DNA of 64,000 bases from Chrysomallon squamiferum (Eukaryota > Animalia > Mollusca): assembly GCA_012295275.1 (NCBI GenBank), contig CM022677.1, positions 10,106,001 to 10,170,000 on the forward strand, in the 5' to 3' direction. The notes below the pieces were generated by a model, which saw only the letters and a list, made by a program, of their open reading frames with translations, was not told the origin of the DNA and made no database searches. This document shows, piece by piece, positions 1-12,706 of the stretch. The first letter of the stretch is position 1, and each line of letters starts with the position of its first letter. Position numbers and translations under genes: made by a program.

Positions 1-2689
1 ATCCACAATGGTATTTAGATATTGATCTTCATTTGCAAATGTAGCACAGAACCCAGTTTAACCAGAAGTAATCACAAATAATTACTGGGCTAAATGAATA
101 AACCTGCCACATCAACAACAACAACAACAGCTACAAAAACCCAGCAGTAATTAAATATGTTTTAACCAGAAGGTATCAAGTAGACATTGATTTTCATTCA
201 GAGCTGTGGCTCTGAGCTAAGCTAACAAGTGACAACAGTAATAACTTAGAAAAGACATAACTCTATGTCTATGTAAATACATTCACAGTTCAGATAGCAG
301 CTACCGTGACAACAGCATGTTCACTATAAACTTATTTTATGAGATATCTCTTAAAACAACAATATCTAGGTAAGTAAATGCCATACCTGGCATGGTGAAG
401 GACATGTACAGACCAACAGTATCAGTTTTCACAAAGCTCTCTGGACAATAGTGACAGCAACTACAATAACAGCAGCATATTGCTACAGAAAACTAGCATT
501 TTAAATTGATTTTTTAATACAAGACAACCACAAAACAACAGTATCAATTTTCATGTAGTTCTCTGGACAACTGTGGGAAATATATGAAAGACAACTGCTA
601 GAGACACTTTATTAAATCAATTTTATTCAAGTACTGCGTCGTCAGATGAGCAGGAAATCAACAACTGTCTTACACTCGTGTTCTGAGCTCTTCACTCAAC
701 CATGGAAATAAGTTAATAGTTTAAGTAAATATTGTCCTCAGTCTACTGGATGTGTGAGTTACTACCTCAGTGAATCAACTGCGCACTAACATGGTGTTAT
801 ATAAACAGCTCGGGACCACACGTGAAGAAGAAATATTTAGATTTGTTAAATAATTTTTGTATGAGAATCCTCTGAACATCAACAACTGAGTGAGGAAAAC
901 TGCTTCTAGCTTACAGAAAAGCACTGATTATTAACAAATCCTATATTAATAAATGCTTGAAGAAAATCATTAAAAAATCTATATTTTTCATTAGAACACA
1001 CATGTAAGAGAATTTCAGTGCTGTCTTAACAGGGTTTTTTTTAAATTAGCAATATTCACCTTCCCAAATACAGCAATAAAATACCTCAACTTTGGTGAAA
1101 TAATAATTGTGATTACATTTTCACACAATCTAACCACTGAGCTACACTCATTTCCTAATTATCAGGAATGAGGCGATTGTAATAAGAATTATTATTTTTC
1201 CAGTCATTTCTCTAACCACCATGTTATACTCATTTCATAATTACTAGGTAAGTAAAGGCTTAAGCATATCAATATGACAAGAAAATTTCAAGAGGCTCAG
1301 TTGTGTATTAAAGGAGAAAAAATAAGACATTTTTAATCTAGGAAATGCAGCAGATTTAAATAAGAAAGTTTTGATGAATGTCGAATCTTTTCATACAAAC
1401 TGATTTTCTTTTACAACTTAATGTTCTTTTCTAGCAGAGTGATCACAGAGAAAATTATTTTATAGAATTTATCAATCCACCTGACTTAGAGATTTTATCA
1501 ATAAACAGTCATTATCTGTACTAGGCACACAGATTCCTAAATAACTTACAAAGCTGTGGTCCACTGAGTTTCAGGATGGATAATTCTGTGAAATCTAAGA
1601 TATCTGGCTTCTTATCTTTCTCACTTCATAATCAAAAATATTTTTATGTTTTAAAGTGAATTGGTTCTGCCCTGATTCACACCAGTTATGATGAATAGTC
1701 AATGCAGCCACCCGTACTTCTCCCACAACGCAAAGTATACTACATGTACTGCTCTGTTTATAAACTATATATATTTAATATATTTAGAAGACTGAGGTTG
1801 GTACTTTGGTGCATTCTTTCCAACAATGAACTACTACAACAACTGGGTTAATGTGAGTTGGTGTATATCAGAATAGATGTAATCAAACTCCAGTATAAAC
1901 ACAGATAAAGTTAATAAATGTATTTCTTTTATGTCAAACAATGCAGTGTTTAAAACTTTTGTTTCTGATTGAGTTCTTTCTGATTTCAGCTGAAGCATAC
2001 AAATCTTTTCACTTGCAGGCTTAACAGAAAAAGACAAAAAAAGAATGACAACAAGACATTAAACAATTTAAAATTAAAATAATAGAAAAATAAATAAATA
2101 AAAAAGAAAAGGAAAACAGAAGAATAATATTTGTTAATTGTACTAGTTACAGCAAACCAACTTTTCTCTTTTCTCAGGCGGGCTTTACACTGTGGTGCGT
2201 GCTGCATTTGTAAAGCAAATAAAAAAACATTTCAGTTTGAGATTTATTTAGTATTCATGACACTTCCTGCATTCAATACTGTGCTGTTATTCATACATAT
2301 GCTGCATAAATATTTTTTTTGCATTGACCCAAATCAAAATTCTTGAATATTACAAATAAATATTTTTAAAAAAATATACAGTTTCAGGGTAAATTAAATT
2401 AATTAGTTTGAAATGATTAATTAAATCTAAACAAAATTCTGTAATTAATGAAATAACTGAAAATAATCTGTAAGATATTTTGAAACTGCTGACATAAGTT
2501 CCCATTCTGGATACTGCTTGCTAAAGATAAATTATTAAATTTACAAATTTGATTTGGGCCAGAATATAATAAGATCAGATGTGACATCTAGAACATAACA
2601 TTACAAAGTTAATTTTCAGAACAATTAATAAACATTAAATTACTGAGAAACCAGCGGGTGTTCTTTGTGTCACACCTGAGCGAGTTTAC

Positions 2690-2757
2690 CTTTCTGAAAA
2701 ATGATTTTCCCTTCATGCTGCTCATCAGGTTATGATACAAGACTCCACCCTGTGAAG
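2690..2757 (-). CDS. SQOR: SQOR alternative exon 8c
   Basis: TACTAAC branch point (2785-2779), TTTTCAG|(A)SQGGVLYHNLMSSMKGKSFFRK|GTAAAC; 68 nt, phase 1-0, open. Confidence 0.87.
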
Positions 2758-2802
2758 CTGAAAACATGTTCAACTGTTGTTAGTATCAACATCAACACAA
2801 AG

Positions 2803-3219
2803 CTGGTCTGGTCAGGTAACAACTGTGTGGACTGAAGGCTGGACAGCAGTACAGAGATCAGTGACGTAATGATAAAGATTTTTAAGAACAAGGAAAGGTT
2901 CTTATAATTCTTTTTCCTAATAGTTATATATTTTATTGTTGTTGTTTTTTTTTATTTATTTGATTTATTCATTTAAAAACATTTTTTTATTTTTTTAGCA
3001 TTCCTGAATTTCTTATCTTTTTAGATTTGGATTTTCTAAAATTATTTTTTGTAAGGTAATTTAACTTTTTAAAATTTATTTTTATTACATAATTTATCTT
3101 GTATTTTTCATTTATATTATTAACATAATACAAAACTTAAAGGAAATGAAAAAAAATTAAAAGGTTTTAAGGTATTGCTGTCCATGCCTGTGTCCACTGA
3201 ACACTGCTGGCCAGACCAG
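2803..3219 (-). promoter_or_regulatory. Long-range intronic RNA stem (arms 3172-3219 and 2803-2852) between exons 8b and 8c
   Basis: GC-rich inverted repeat in AT-rich intron: 12/13 + 6/6 + 4/4 + 12/13 base pairs in colinear order. Confidence 0.75.
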
Positions 3220-3233
3220 TGGTCAACTCTCAC

Positions 3234-3301
3234 CTCAGATTTTGGTGATCGGCCAGCAATGATGTCTGTTAGATTGTGAAAGAGAACAATGCCCTGAGCC
3301 A
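3234..3301 (-). CDS. SQOR: SQOR alternative exon 8b
   Basis: CTTGCAG|(V)AQGIVLFHNLTDIIAGRSPKSE|GTGAGA; 68 nt, phase 1-0, open. Confidence 0.85.
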
Positions 3302-3558
3302 CTGCAAGATATTAGTTTAAGTTACTGTGAGTAAATTATTTCACACTCACACACAAACACTCAACCCACAAGCACTATTAGTAGAAACATATCCTTCTGT
3401 AACACACTTGTACATCATGTAAATTACACTTAATACACATTCAAAAAACAACCACTAGAAAAGAAACAATATATACAGATATAGATATAGATATGTAGCT
3501 AGATAAATAAATAAAAAAACAAATACTAATACTACTACTAATAATAATAAATAGTAAT

Positions 3559-3589
<31 letters not shown>

Positions 3590-4157
3590 GTAATATAATA
3601 ATATAATAATCATAATAAATAATAATAAATAATAAATAAATAAATAAAAATGAGAACAAAAGATAAAAGACTAATATTTTGTTATTTATGTTAGCATGAC
3701 TCAATGTTTTCATCATACATGTAGCCAGCCATACATTTATCATTAAAAACAGTGCATCAGCAACTTTTCATTTCAAAACAATCATTTGTCAGATGACGTG
3801 TTATGAAAACAAAATAACATTTTTACCAGATGTCACTAGCAGAGGCTACCAGTTAACTAACATGCACACAAACAAGATTTATATATATATACATGATAAA
3901 AAAGATAAACACTAGAATACTAGTAACATAAGAAAAATAATAAAACATGAAAATGAAAAACAAAATAAAAAAAAGATGCTGATAGAAAGATTACTGATTA
4001 TCAGTGTATCTTTGTTGTTAATCCTTGTTTCCTGTCTTTTAAGTTGCTGTAAGAGATAATGGTTGATATGATTTTTCTCTGAGGTTTTTTCCCACACTAT
4101 ACAAAGTGGACAACATTCTGCAGATTATAGGTTTCCATTGTTGTTTTAACACAACTT

Positions 4158-4325
<168 letters not shown>

Positions 4326-4626
4326 TTCCTTATAAGTGAATATGTATGAAACAAATGAAAACATATTTCTGCGTATGTTAACCTAAACACGAGCAAAATA
4401 TTACATCTGACATTTATCATCAACAGTCAGTGAATATTAAACAACAATATCAATATTAAAAATATTTTTTAAAAACATGTACACACTGATATATCTAAAT
4501 GTGTTAAAATTATCTAATGATGAGGTGATTAACAAATGAAATGTCTTTTAGACAAAAATAAACTAAAAACATTATTTAAATTTCAAATTTTTTAGAATAT
4601 AAACAAAATCACTTTAAGAGATCAGC

Positions 4627-4667
<41 letters not shown>

Positions 4668-4970
4668 ACAGACACTATAAACAAAAAGTACTGTGACAGG
4701 AGAAATTATTTTCATCATCTACATCCGCTGTGATAATGGAGTAATTTGTAAAAATTACTTCACTTGTCCCAAACCCTTTGTCCACAAACACAGAAAAATA
4801 CAACTCTTTTCAGTTCTGTTGACACAAGTGTTCAGTTAATCCTGAGATTAATGATAAAAACTGAAAACAGAAACAGTTTAGATTTGTGTAAACTAAACAA
4901 AGTATACACCGATGACATTTTAAATACACTGTAAACTAAACACGCTTTTAGAGATTTGCATTGGTTTTTG

Positions 4971-5388
4971 TAATTTAGTTGTTCATAGAGATTTTTTTAT
5001 AATTTAGTTGTTCATAGAGATTTTTTTTATAATTTAGTTGTTTATAGAGATTTTTTTATAATTTAGTTGTTTATAAATATTTTTTATAATTTAGTTGTTC
5101 ATAGAGATTTTTTTATAATTTAGTTGTTTATAAATATTTTTTATAATTTAGTTGTTCATAGAGATTTTTTTATAATTTAGTTGTTTATAAATATTTTTTA
5201 TAATTTAGTTGTTCATAGAGATTTTTTTATAATTTAGTTGTTTATAAATATTTTTTATAATTTAGTTGTTTATAAATTTTTTATAATTTAGTTGTTTATA
5301 GAGACTTTTTATAATGTAGTTGTTCATAGAGATTTTTTATAATTTAGTTGTTTAGAAATGTTTTATAATTTAGTTGTTTAGAGATATT
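4971..5388. repeat. Minisatellite, ~29-30 bp unit (TAATTTAGTTGTTCATAGAGATTTTTTTA), ~14 copies
   Basis: Direct tandem units with two variants (catagaga / tataaata). Confidence 0.9.
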
Positions 5389-6079
5389 TACTTTGTTTTT
5401 TATAAATTACAAAGTTTTTCAGTTTTCACTTAATGATATCAAGGTGAGATAACAACATTCATAGAATTTTCTTTACTTCATTTCTTTTACATTTGTACAA
5501 AGACTAACAAATTTCTTTATAAATTAATTAATTTAAAATCAACAATAAACTACAGCATCAGAAGTAAGTTTAATATAATCCAGGTAAAAAGTCAGTGATA
5601 TAAATTATTATATTAATTAATTTATTATTATTATTATTACTTCTTCCTTTGTTGGGTTCCTTTTTTTGATTATGTACCTGTTTAATTTTTTCTATTAAAA
5701 AGTGGTATTATTTTTCTACTACAAACTTTCATAAGGAGAATGTTTTCCACAATAAGAATGAAAGATTTTTATTTTTTATTATTTTTTATTAAACATGAAG
5801 AAAGTATAAAACAGTCCCAAAAATAAAATAAGTAAAAAGAAAGAAAAGTAAAATAACAATCTGGTAAGAAACAAAGTATATCACAGCTGTCATAAAGTCA
5901 ATAGATCCTGAACAGTTTACATTTATACAGATATATTTAAACTTGTTTTTTTCTTTATTCTTTTGTTTTTATTGTTGTTATTATTAATTCTAAAAGCAAA
6001 ACTAAAACTAAACAGGGAACTAATCTAAGCATGCATGCCAAACAAAGATACTAATTTACTAACCACAAACTATTATTAT

Positions 6080-6119
<40 letters not shown>

Positions 6120-6444
6120 TGGGTTTTTTTCTTAAATGGAGCTATAGAGCTACCTTGGAAAATATTATTATATCTTTACATACTGAAAATAAAAACAAAA
6201 TATAGTTGGGTGATTGATGTTATTAATTTTAAGACAATTAGTATATTTGTATATTTAATTACATTTGCAGGTTTATTTGTAATAACTTTTATCTACATTT
6301 AAATACAAACAGCATTTGTTAGTAGAATAAGTACATATATTAGTTAGTAATGAAGGATATTAGTAGTGGGGTGATAGTTACTATGTTACCACTACTACTA
6401 CTATTACTACTACTACAGCTAGGTTACATGGTTACCATGGTTAC

Positions 6445-6515
6445 CTCATGTTTAAAAACACGTTTTCCTTGCATCACTGCTAAAAGATTTCTCTGCAGAG
6501 GGTAACTCATTGCAG
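6445..6515 (-). CDS. SQOR: SQOR alternative exon 8a
   Basis: TTACAG|(A)AMSYPLQRNLLAVMQGKRVFKHE|GTAACC; 71 nt, phase 1-0, open; L-x-x-N-L-x5-G-K pattern. Confidence 0.8.
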
Positions 6516-6529
6516 CTGTAATTTAAAAC

Positions 6530-6935
6530 ACATTGAGTAACACAAAAAATAACTCCAAAAAGAGTAACATCTTACCACACAAAACACAAAAACAAAAAAA
6601 ATTAACATCTGAATACAAAATGCACAAAACAGTTACATCGACACAAAAGAATAATACCAACCAGCAACATGAACAGAAAACACAAAATAAAGAAAAATCT
6701 CAATATAAGAATAACAAAAAACACATAGTAACATCTCAACACAAAAATAACCACAAAAACACAAGTTACATCAACACAAAAATAACACAGAACAGTAACA
6801 TCTCAATATAAAAATAACACAACACAGATATTTCAACACAAAAATAACAACAAAAAACAAGTTACATCAACACACAACAGAGTAACATCTCAATAAAAAA
6901 TAACACAAATAAAAGCACAAAACCCAACACAAGAT
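6530..6935. repeat. Degenerate A/C-rich tandem repeat (AACATCTCAACACAAAAATAAC-like)
   Basis: Recurring taacatc/caacacaaaaataac motifs directly upstream (in transcript sense) of the exon 8a acceptor. Confidence 0.6.
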
Positions 6936-7835
6936 AATATTTTATCCAGTTCTGTAACCTTGCTATTTTGAACACGCTCACACACACACAAAACAAATTC
7001 ATTTTCTCTATCTGAAAACCCAGTTTATTTAAATTAAAAGAATAATTACTGCTATTGATTAATAATAATATTTATTGATAATGCTCATAATAATGGCAAA
7101 TTGATGTGATAAAGAAAAACAAACATTTATACTCAGTTCTCATGAGCAGACACATGCTGCTACCATAGCAACCAAAACAGCAGCATGAACTTTTTACTTT
7201 TCTTACAAACATTTAAAAAATGATAATAAAAAAAGGAATATATCTCAAAACTGCAGAGCATGTACTGTGCATTTTCAAAGCCAATTCATTGAAGATTGGC
7301 TAGAACTGAATTACGGTTTGCAAATACCATAAATATATATACTATCACACACACACAGAGGTTATAAATAAAAAATAAATAAATACAAATCACAATAATA
7401 AAAACATATACATTGAGCTCAAGTACTGAGCTATATATATATATATAAATATATATATGAAAATTATGATAGAGAAATATTTAAATATTTAAATAAGGCA
7501 AAATGACATATCCCATAAAATAATTAAAAACAAAAAAAAAACATCAAAGAAGAAACTAAACCCCCAACAGCAACAACAACAATAATAATAATAATAATAA
7601 TAAAATGCAAATTCTAAAAGATTTCAAAATAAACAAATGGTTAAACAACAATGCTTTAAACCAAACTAGATAACAAATAATTTAAACTAAAACAGATAAT
7701 AATTGCAACTGAAGTAGAATAATTTAATTTGAAACAGATAACAATTTAAACTGAAATAGATAATTTAAACACTGAAATAAATAATCATTTAAACTTTAGA
7801 TAAAAACTAAATATCATTTAAAGTACATCACATAC

Positions 7836-8022
7836 CTGCTGCTGCTGCTGTTTTGGAAGTTGGTGCGTTGATGCAGTCACCAATTCCAAAAACGTTGGGG
7901 TATGTAATGTGCTGCAGGGAGTACTTGTTGACATTGAGGTAACCTGCATCATTAACAAGTTTTTTAGCTGCTTTGAGGGGGTCAGGCGTGGACATGGGCG
8001 GTACAATGTGCATCATGTCATA
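7836..8022 (-). CDS. SQOR: SQOR coding exon 7
   Basis: TTTTCAG|YDMMHIVPPM...YPNVFGIGDCINAPTSKTAAAA+G|GTATGT; 187 nt, phase 0-1; has the NVFGIGD FAD motif and PTSKTAAA. Confidence 0.97.
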
Positions 8023-8767
8023 CTGAAAATAATTAGAAATAATAATTAACATGATGTCTATAAAAATAAATAAACCTATTCCCTGTAATAACAATTTATT
8101 AGCTGTTTCAGTGAAGTGATTTTCACTCGTCTTGCTCTTACAGTGAGTACAGTGCAGAATGTATGTATTTTTATGCAAAGTATCAGATTCAGCATCATTC
8201 TTTGAGTGGCTACTTCTGTCATATTCAGAAAATTCACTTCTGTAATGAAGAAGTTGAAAACACACTAACACAGTAATAAACTTCAGTAATAAGTTCAGAA
8301 ATAACTGAATAAACAATATTACAAGATAAAACATTAAAATAAAAATAATAATATTATAATCTAAATTTTAAAAATATATATATATATATAAACACACATC
8401 AGTTAGATAGACAGATGATGTAGATGGATAGATGGATAGATAATTTGCACATTCCTCAACTCCCGAAACACAGTACTGTAACTGATAAACTTAGTGTACA
8501 TCAAAAACTTTTTAAACAATCTTAACTGGAAAGATGTTTTTTTTTTAGTTTTTAAGTTAATTTGACAAAAAATATAATATCAAGAAATAAGTAATGTGCA
8601 TAATATATTTTTTAAAGGTAATAAAATACTGAAAAGTTAGAGAAAATTTAAGCTAAGACACACTGTGTATGAACTGTCAAGATAGACAATGATGTGGAAA
8701 TCACTGACAGTATGCAGACTTGTAGGTGTTTTTTGTTAATGACAAGTGATATTAAAAGATAACCTAC

Positions 8768-8876
8768 GTGGTACACTTCTGTTTCTCCTTCCTCGCCATC
8801 CAGTTTGGCAAACACTGCTTCCTTCTTCTCTGGTCTGACTTCTATCAGGTTTCTCTTGTAGTTGACGTTGATGTCT
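8768..8876 (-). CDS. SQOR: SQOR coding exon 6
   Basis: TTTTTCAG|A+DINVNYKRNLIEVRPEKKEAVFAKLDGEEGETEVYH|GTAGGT; 109 nt, phase 2-0; read by hand because the ORF track shows another frame. Confidence 0.94.
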
Positions 8877-10552
8877 CTGAAAAAAACCCAGATCAGACAA
8901 CGTCAACCTGTCAAAACTGCACCAAATCAAAACAACTCAAATTTCTTAGTTTTCAACTTTTAGCTGTTTTAAACTGGAACCTGTTTACTCAAAAAATCTG
9001 GATTAATTCTTTCTGCACCAAAACAAATATTGTTAAAATACAGATTATTTACCTTCAATAAACAAAGTTTGAACCATAAACAGTAGCAGACACATTAGTA
9101 ATCTCTTCATCTCTTAACTAGAGTCTTAAAGTATGACAGTCAATTACACTTGTGTTACAAAGTATTTTAGAATTTATGGGAATATAATTAGGAATAAGTT
9201 AAATAATCTAAGCATGTATGTGTGATTTTGAGTGTATTTATGTGTGTGTGAATATGTGTATGTGTATGTGTGTATGTGTGTGTGAATGTGTGTGTCTATA
9301 TGTGTGTTTGTGTGTGTGTTTATCTATATGTGTATGTATATGTGTGAATGTGTATGTAAGTATGTGTTATATGTGTGTGTATGTATATGTGTGTGTTTGT
9401 ATATGTGTATGTGTGTGTGTATGTGTGTGAATGTGTATGTGTAAGTGTGTATGTGTAAGTGTGTGTGTGTAAAACAGTTAGGTTTCAGATATACAGCTGT
9501 GTGACAGTTTACTTTGAATGTATTCAACTTGATCACTGCTGAGATGTAGTATCTTCACTTAACATGAAATCTGAACAGATATCCTATCACGCTGTCTTTA
9601 GTAATGGGTAACACATGGGTATCATTTATGTCTTCTAAAGGTACAACAAGTAAATCATACCCCATGTGTTATTCAGATCTAAGGAAAATGTAATAGGATA
9701 CAAAAGAGATTCTGTTTCCAACTCAACATCAAAAGGTGGGATTTTTTGTATGTGTGCATGCAGACAAGTGACATGTGCATATTTGGATTCTTAATGCATG
9801 AAAACTCGAAAGTTTAGAAATTTTGTTAAAAGATACAGCAGCAGAGACTGTAGCTTATTAAACAAATTTCTCACTTAAGAGAAATAATTACTTCACTTAA
9901 CGCTTGTTGAGAACTACTGGAAGGTTTTTTTTTCTGTTCTCTTTTTGAACCTGACAAGTCATGCATTGAGATGTGAGCATTGTCTGTTTTGTCAGGTAAT
10001 CCTGTCAAAGCTCTCTGTTACTAAAGTACATGTCATACGTTTACTGGAGATTAGTTGTGTCAGTCTGAACAACATCTGATTCACATCATCCTCCAAAATC
10101 TAATTGTAAAAACAAGAACTAGCTCTCACCTCCATCTCCATCATACATGCACAAGCACATGTAGATTAATAAGCAAACACACACAAGCACACACACATAT
10201 ATATAACTGACAGCAAAATAAATTTTATGTTAGAAAGAAACAAGCATCAGTTTAATAAGACAGCAATAAAAACATATAATGATATAGATATTGATAGAGA
10301 TGTAAAGATAGTGATGGATATCAAAAGAAATAACAGATATAGAGAGACAAAGTAACACACAGAGACAGAAAGACAGACAGATACAGACAGATTAACACAG
10401 AAATAGAAAGAGTGAAAGTATGTTTATATGTTCTGTCCTTTCTTGAACTGTTTCATACACATGTATGTGTTTGTGTTGACAGTACGTTGAGAGAAAAGAT
10501 ATGTTAACAACATCAGGCTTTTTCATGTCAACAGTTTTAAAATAAAAAATTA

Positions 10553-10771
<219 letters not shown>

Positions 10772-12015
10772 TTAGATGGATAAACAAAAAGAAAGAACAA
10801 AGATGAACTAAGAGTAGTATATTCCTTAGTTGCATAGTTGAACCAGTAATCAGACCTTGGTATCAAAGGCAGAATTACATAAAGTATTTAACATATGCTA
10901 AAGGAAATAAAATTTATTATAACTGAAACTGTACAATCTGGGTACAATAATACTCAATAGGCCATTGTATTTTTATATAGACAGACTATGCTGAATCCAA
11001 AATGCTTGGGGCTGGAAGTTGATCATCTTTGTTATAAGAAAACAACCAGAGAAAATCTTTTTTTTTTACGTTGTGTTGCTTTTTTTTTATTTCATAATTT
11101 CCAAAAAAGCCTGCTTGTTCAACATTTTTCAAATTTGCTCTAGATAATGGACAACAGATTGTTTTGAAAGGTAAAACAGAATTTAGAATTTATCTTCAAA
11201 AATGACAGTTTTGATGTATAATGTTATGTTTACAACTTGCAGCAGATGTTTATGTAAGCTGAATAATTTATGTCTACGTAGTAAAGTTCTGATTGTAGTT
11301 TACATAATTAACTCACATGGCAATGAAATGATATTTTGTGGGTGTAAAGTTTTAAATTAATGAGAGTTCAGTGCTCTACATGATTTATGTCTATGTACTG
11401 CATACTTCAACCTGTGTTTGTCTGGGATGTGTGTGTAAGAGAGACAACAAGAAAAACAGAGAAAAAAGAGAAAGTCTGAGATAGAAAGTATCTGCATATA
11501 TCTGTTTAATTAAGATAAATGTCTTTATTAACTTGAAAAAATGATTCAGGTCAGATTTCTGTAATACTAGCTATATTTGCTATGATTTAGATCATAAAAT
11601 ATGTATTAGTACAGAACATCATTTTAAAAACTCTTTATTAAAATTTCAAAAATTTAACAGTATCATTGAGGCTTTTAGAATGTTTGTAGATCTGTAGTAA
11701 TTTTAAATGTTAAAAAAAACAACATGCATATTGGCTTTACAAGGATTTCTCTGCAAATTCTCAATTGTTTTTAGATAAATCATTCAGTTTTTTTTGTTTG
11801 TTTTTTTAAATAAATAAATTAAAAGAAATAACTATGGCTGCTTATGGTAAAACAGTGCACAAGTTTATTAATCTTAGCACTATGGAAGTAGAAGTTATTC
11901 AACTGGATGTGCCCAGAATTCAAATTTGAGGAAAAACAAGATGGAGAACCCATAACAATTTAGACATGACAAAGTTTAGCAATGGCTCAAATGAGATCTG
12001 GGAGAATTACACTGC

Positions 12016-12129
12016 TATTCTTTTGTGTTACCATTTTCACCATGTTCTTTTAGTTAATGTTTAATATTACACAATGAAAGTTATTAATTCAACTGAAAAA
12101 AATAGTAAAAATGGTAACACAAAATAATA
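12016..12129. mobile_element. Small palindromic MITE-like element in SQOR intron 4
   Basis: 28-bp inverted arms 12016-12043 / 12102-12129, about 25/28 matching. Confidence 0.5.
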
Positions 12130-12199
12130 CTCCCTTTTTGACAGATATGTTTTAAATAATATGTTGAATCAAATCAGAAAACTGACGAGACTAGATTTA

Positions 12200-12463
<264 letters not shown>

Positions 12464-12487
12464 TTAATAAAAGACTGTACAAGTACC

Positions 12488-12534
<47 letters not shown>

Positions 12535-12658
12535 AAAGTATTAAATATGAAGTTTACAAATAATAAACGTATCCATATACATTCATCCAAACATAAAAAG
12601 GCAAATAAAAAATTCACACTAAATAGATATATATATATATATACTCCCTCTCTCTCTC

Positions 12659-12706
<48 letters not shown>

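Noticed and set aside
1-2689. Search for SQOR exon 9 (YDGYTSCP...) or a fourth exon-8 variant
   Set aside because: Candidate acceptors near 1990 and 2200 hit stops in the required phase, and donors near 386 and 673 give wrong lengths or no homology. The remaining exons are presumably outside the window.
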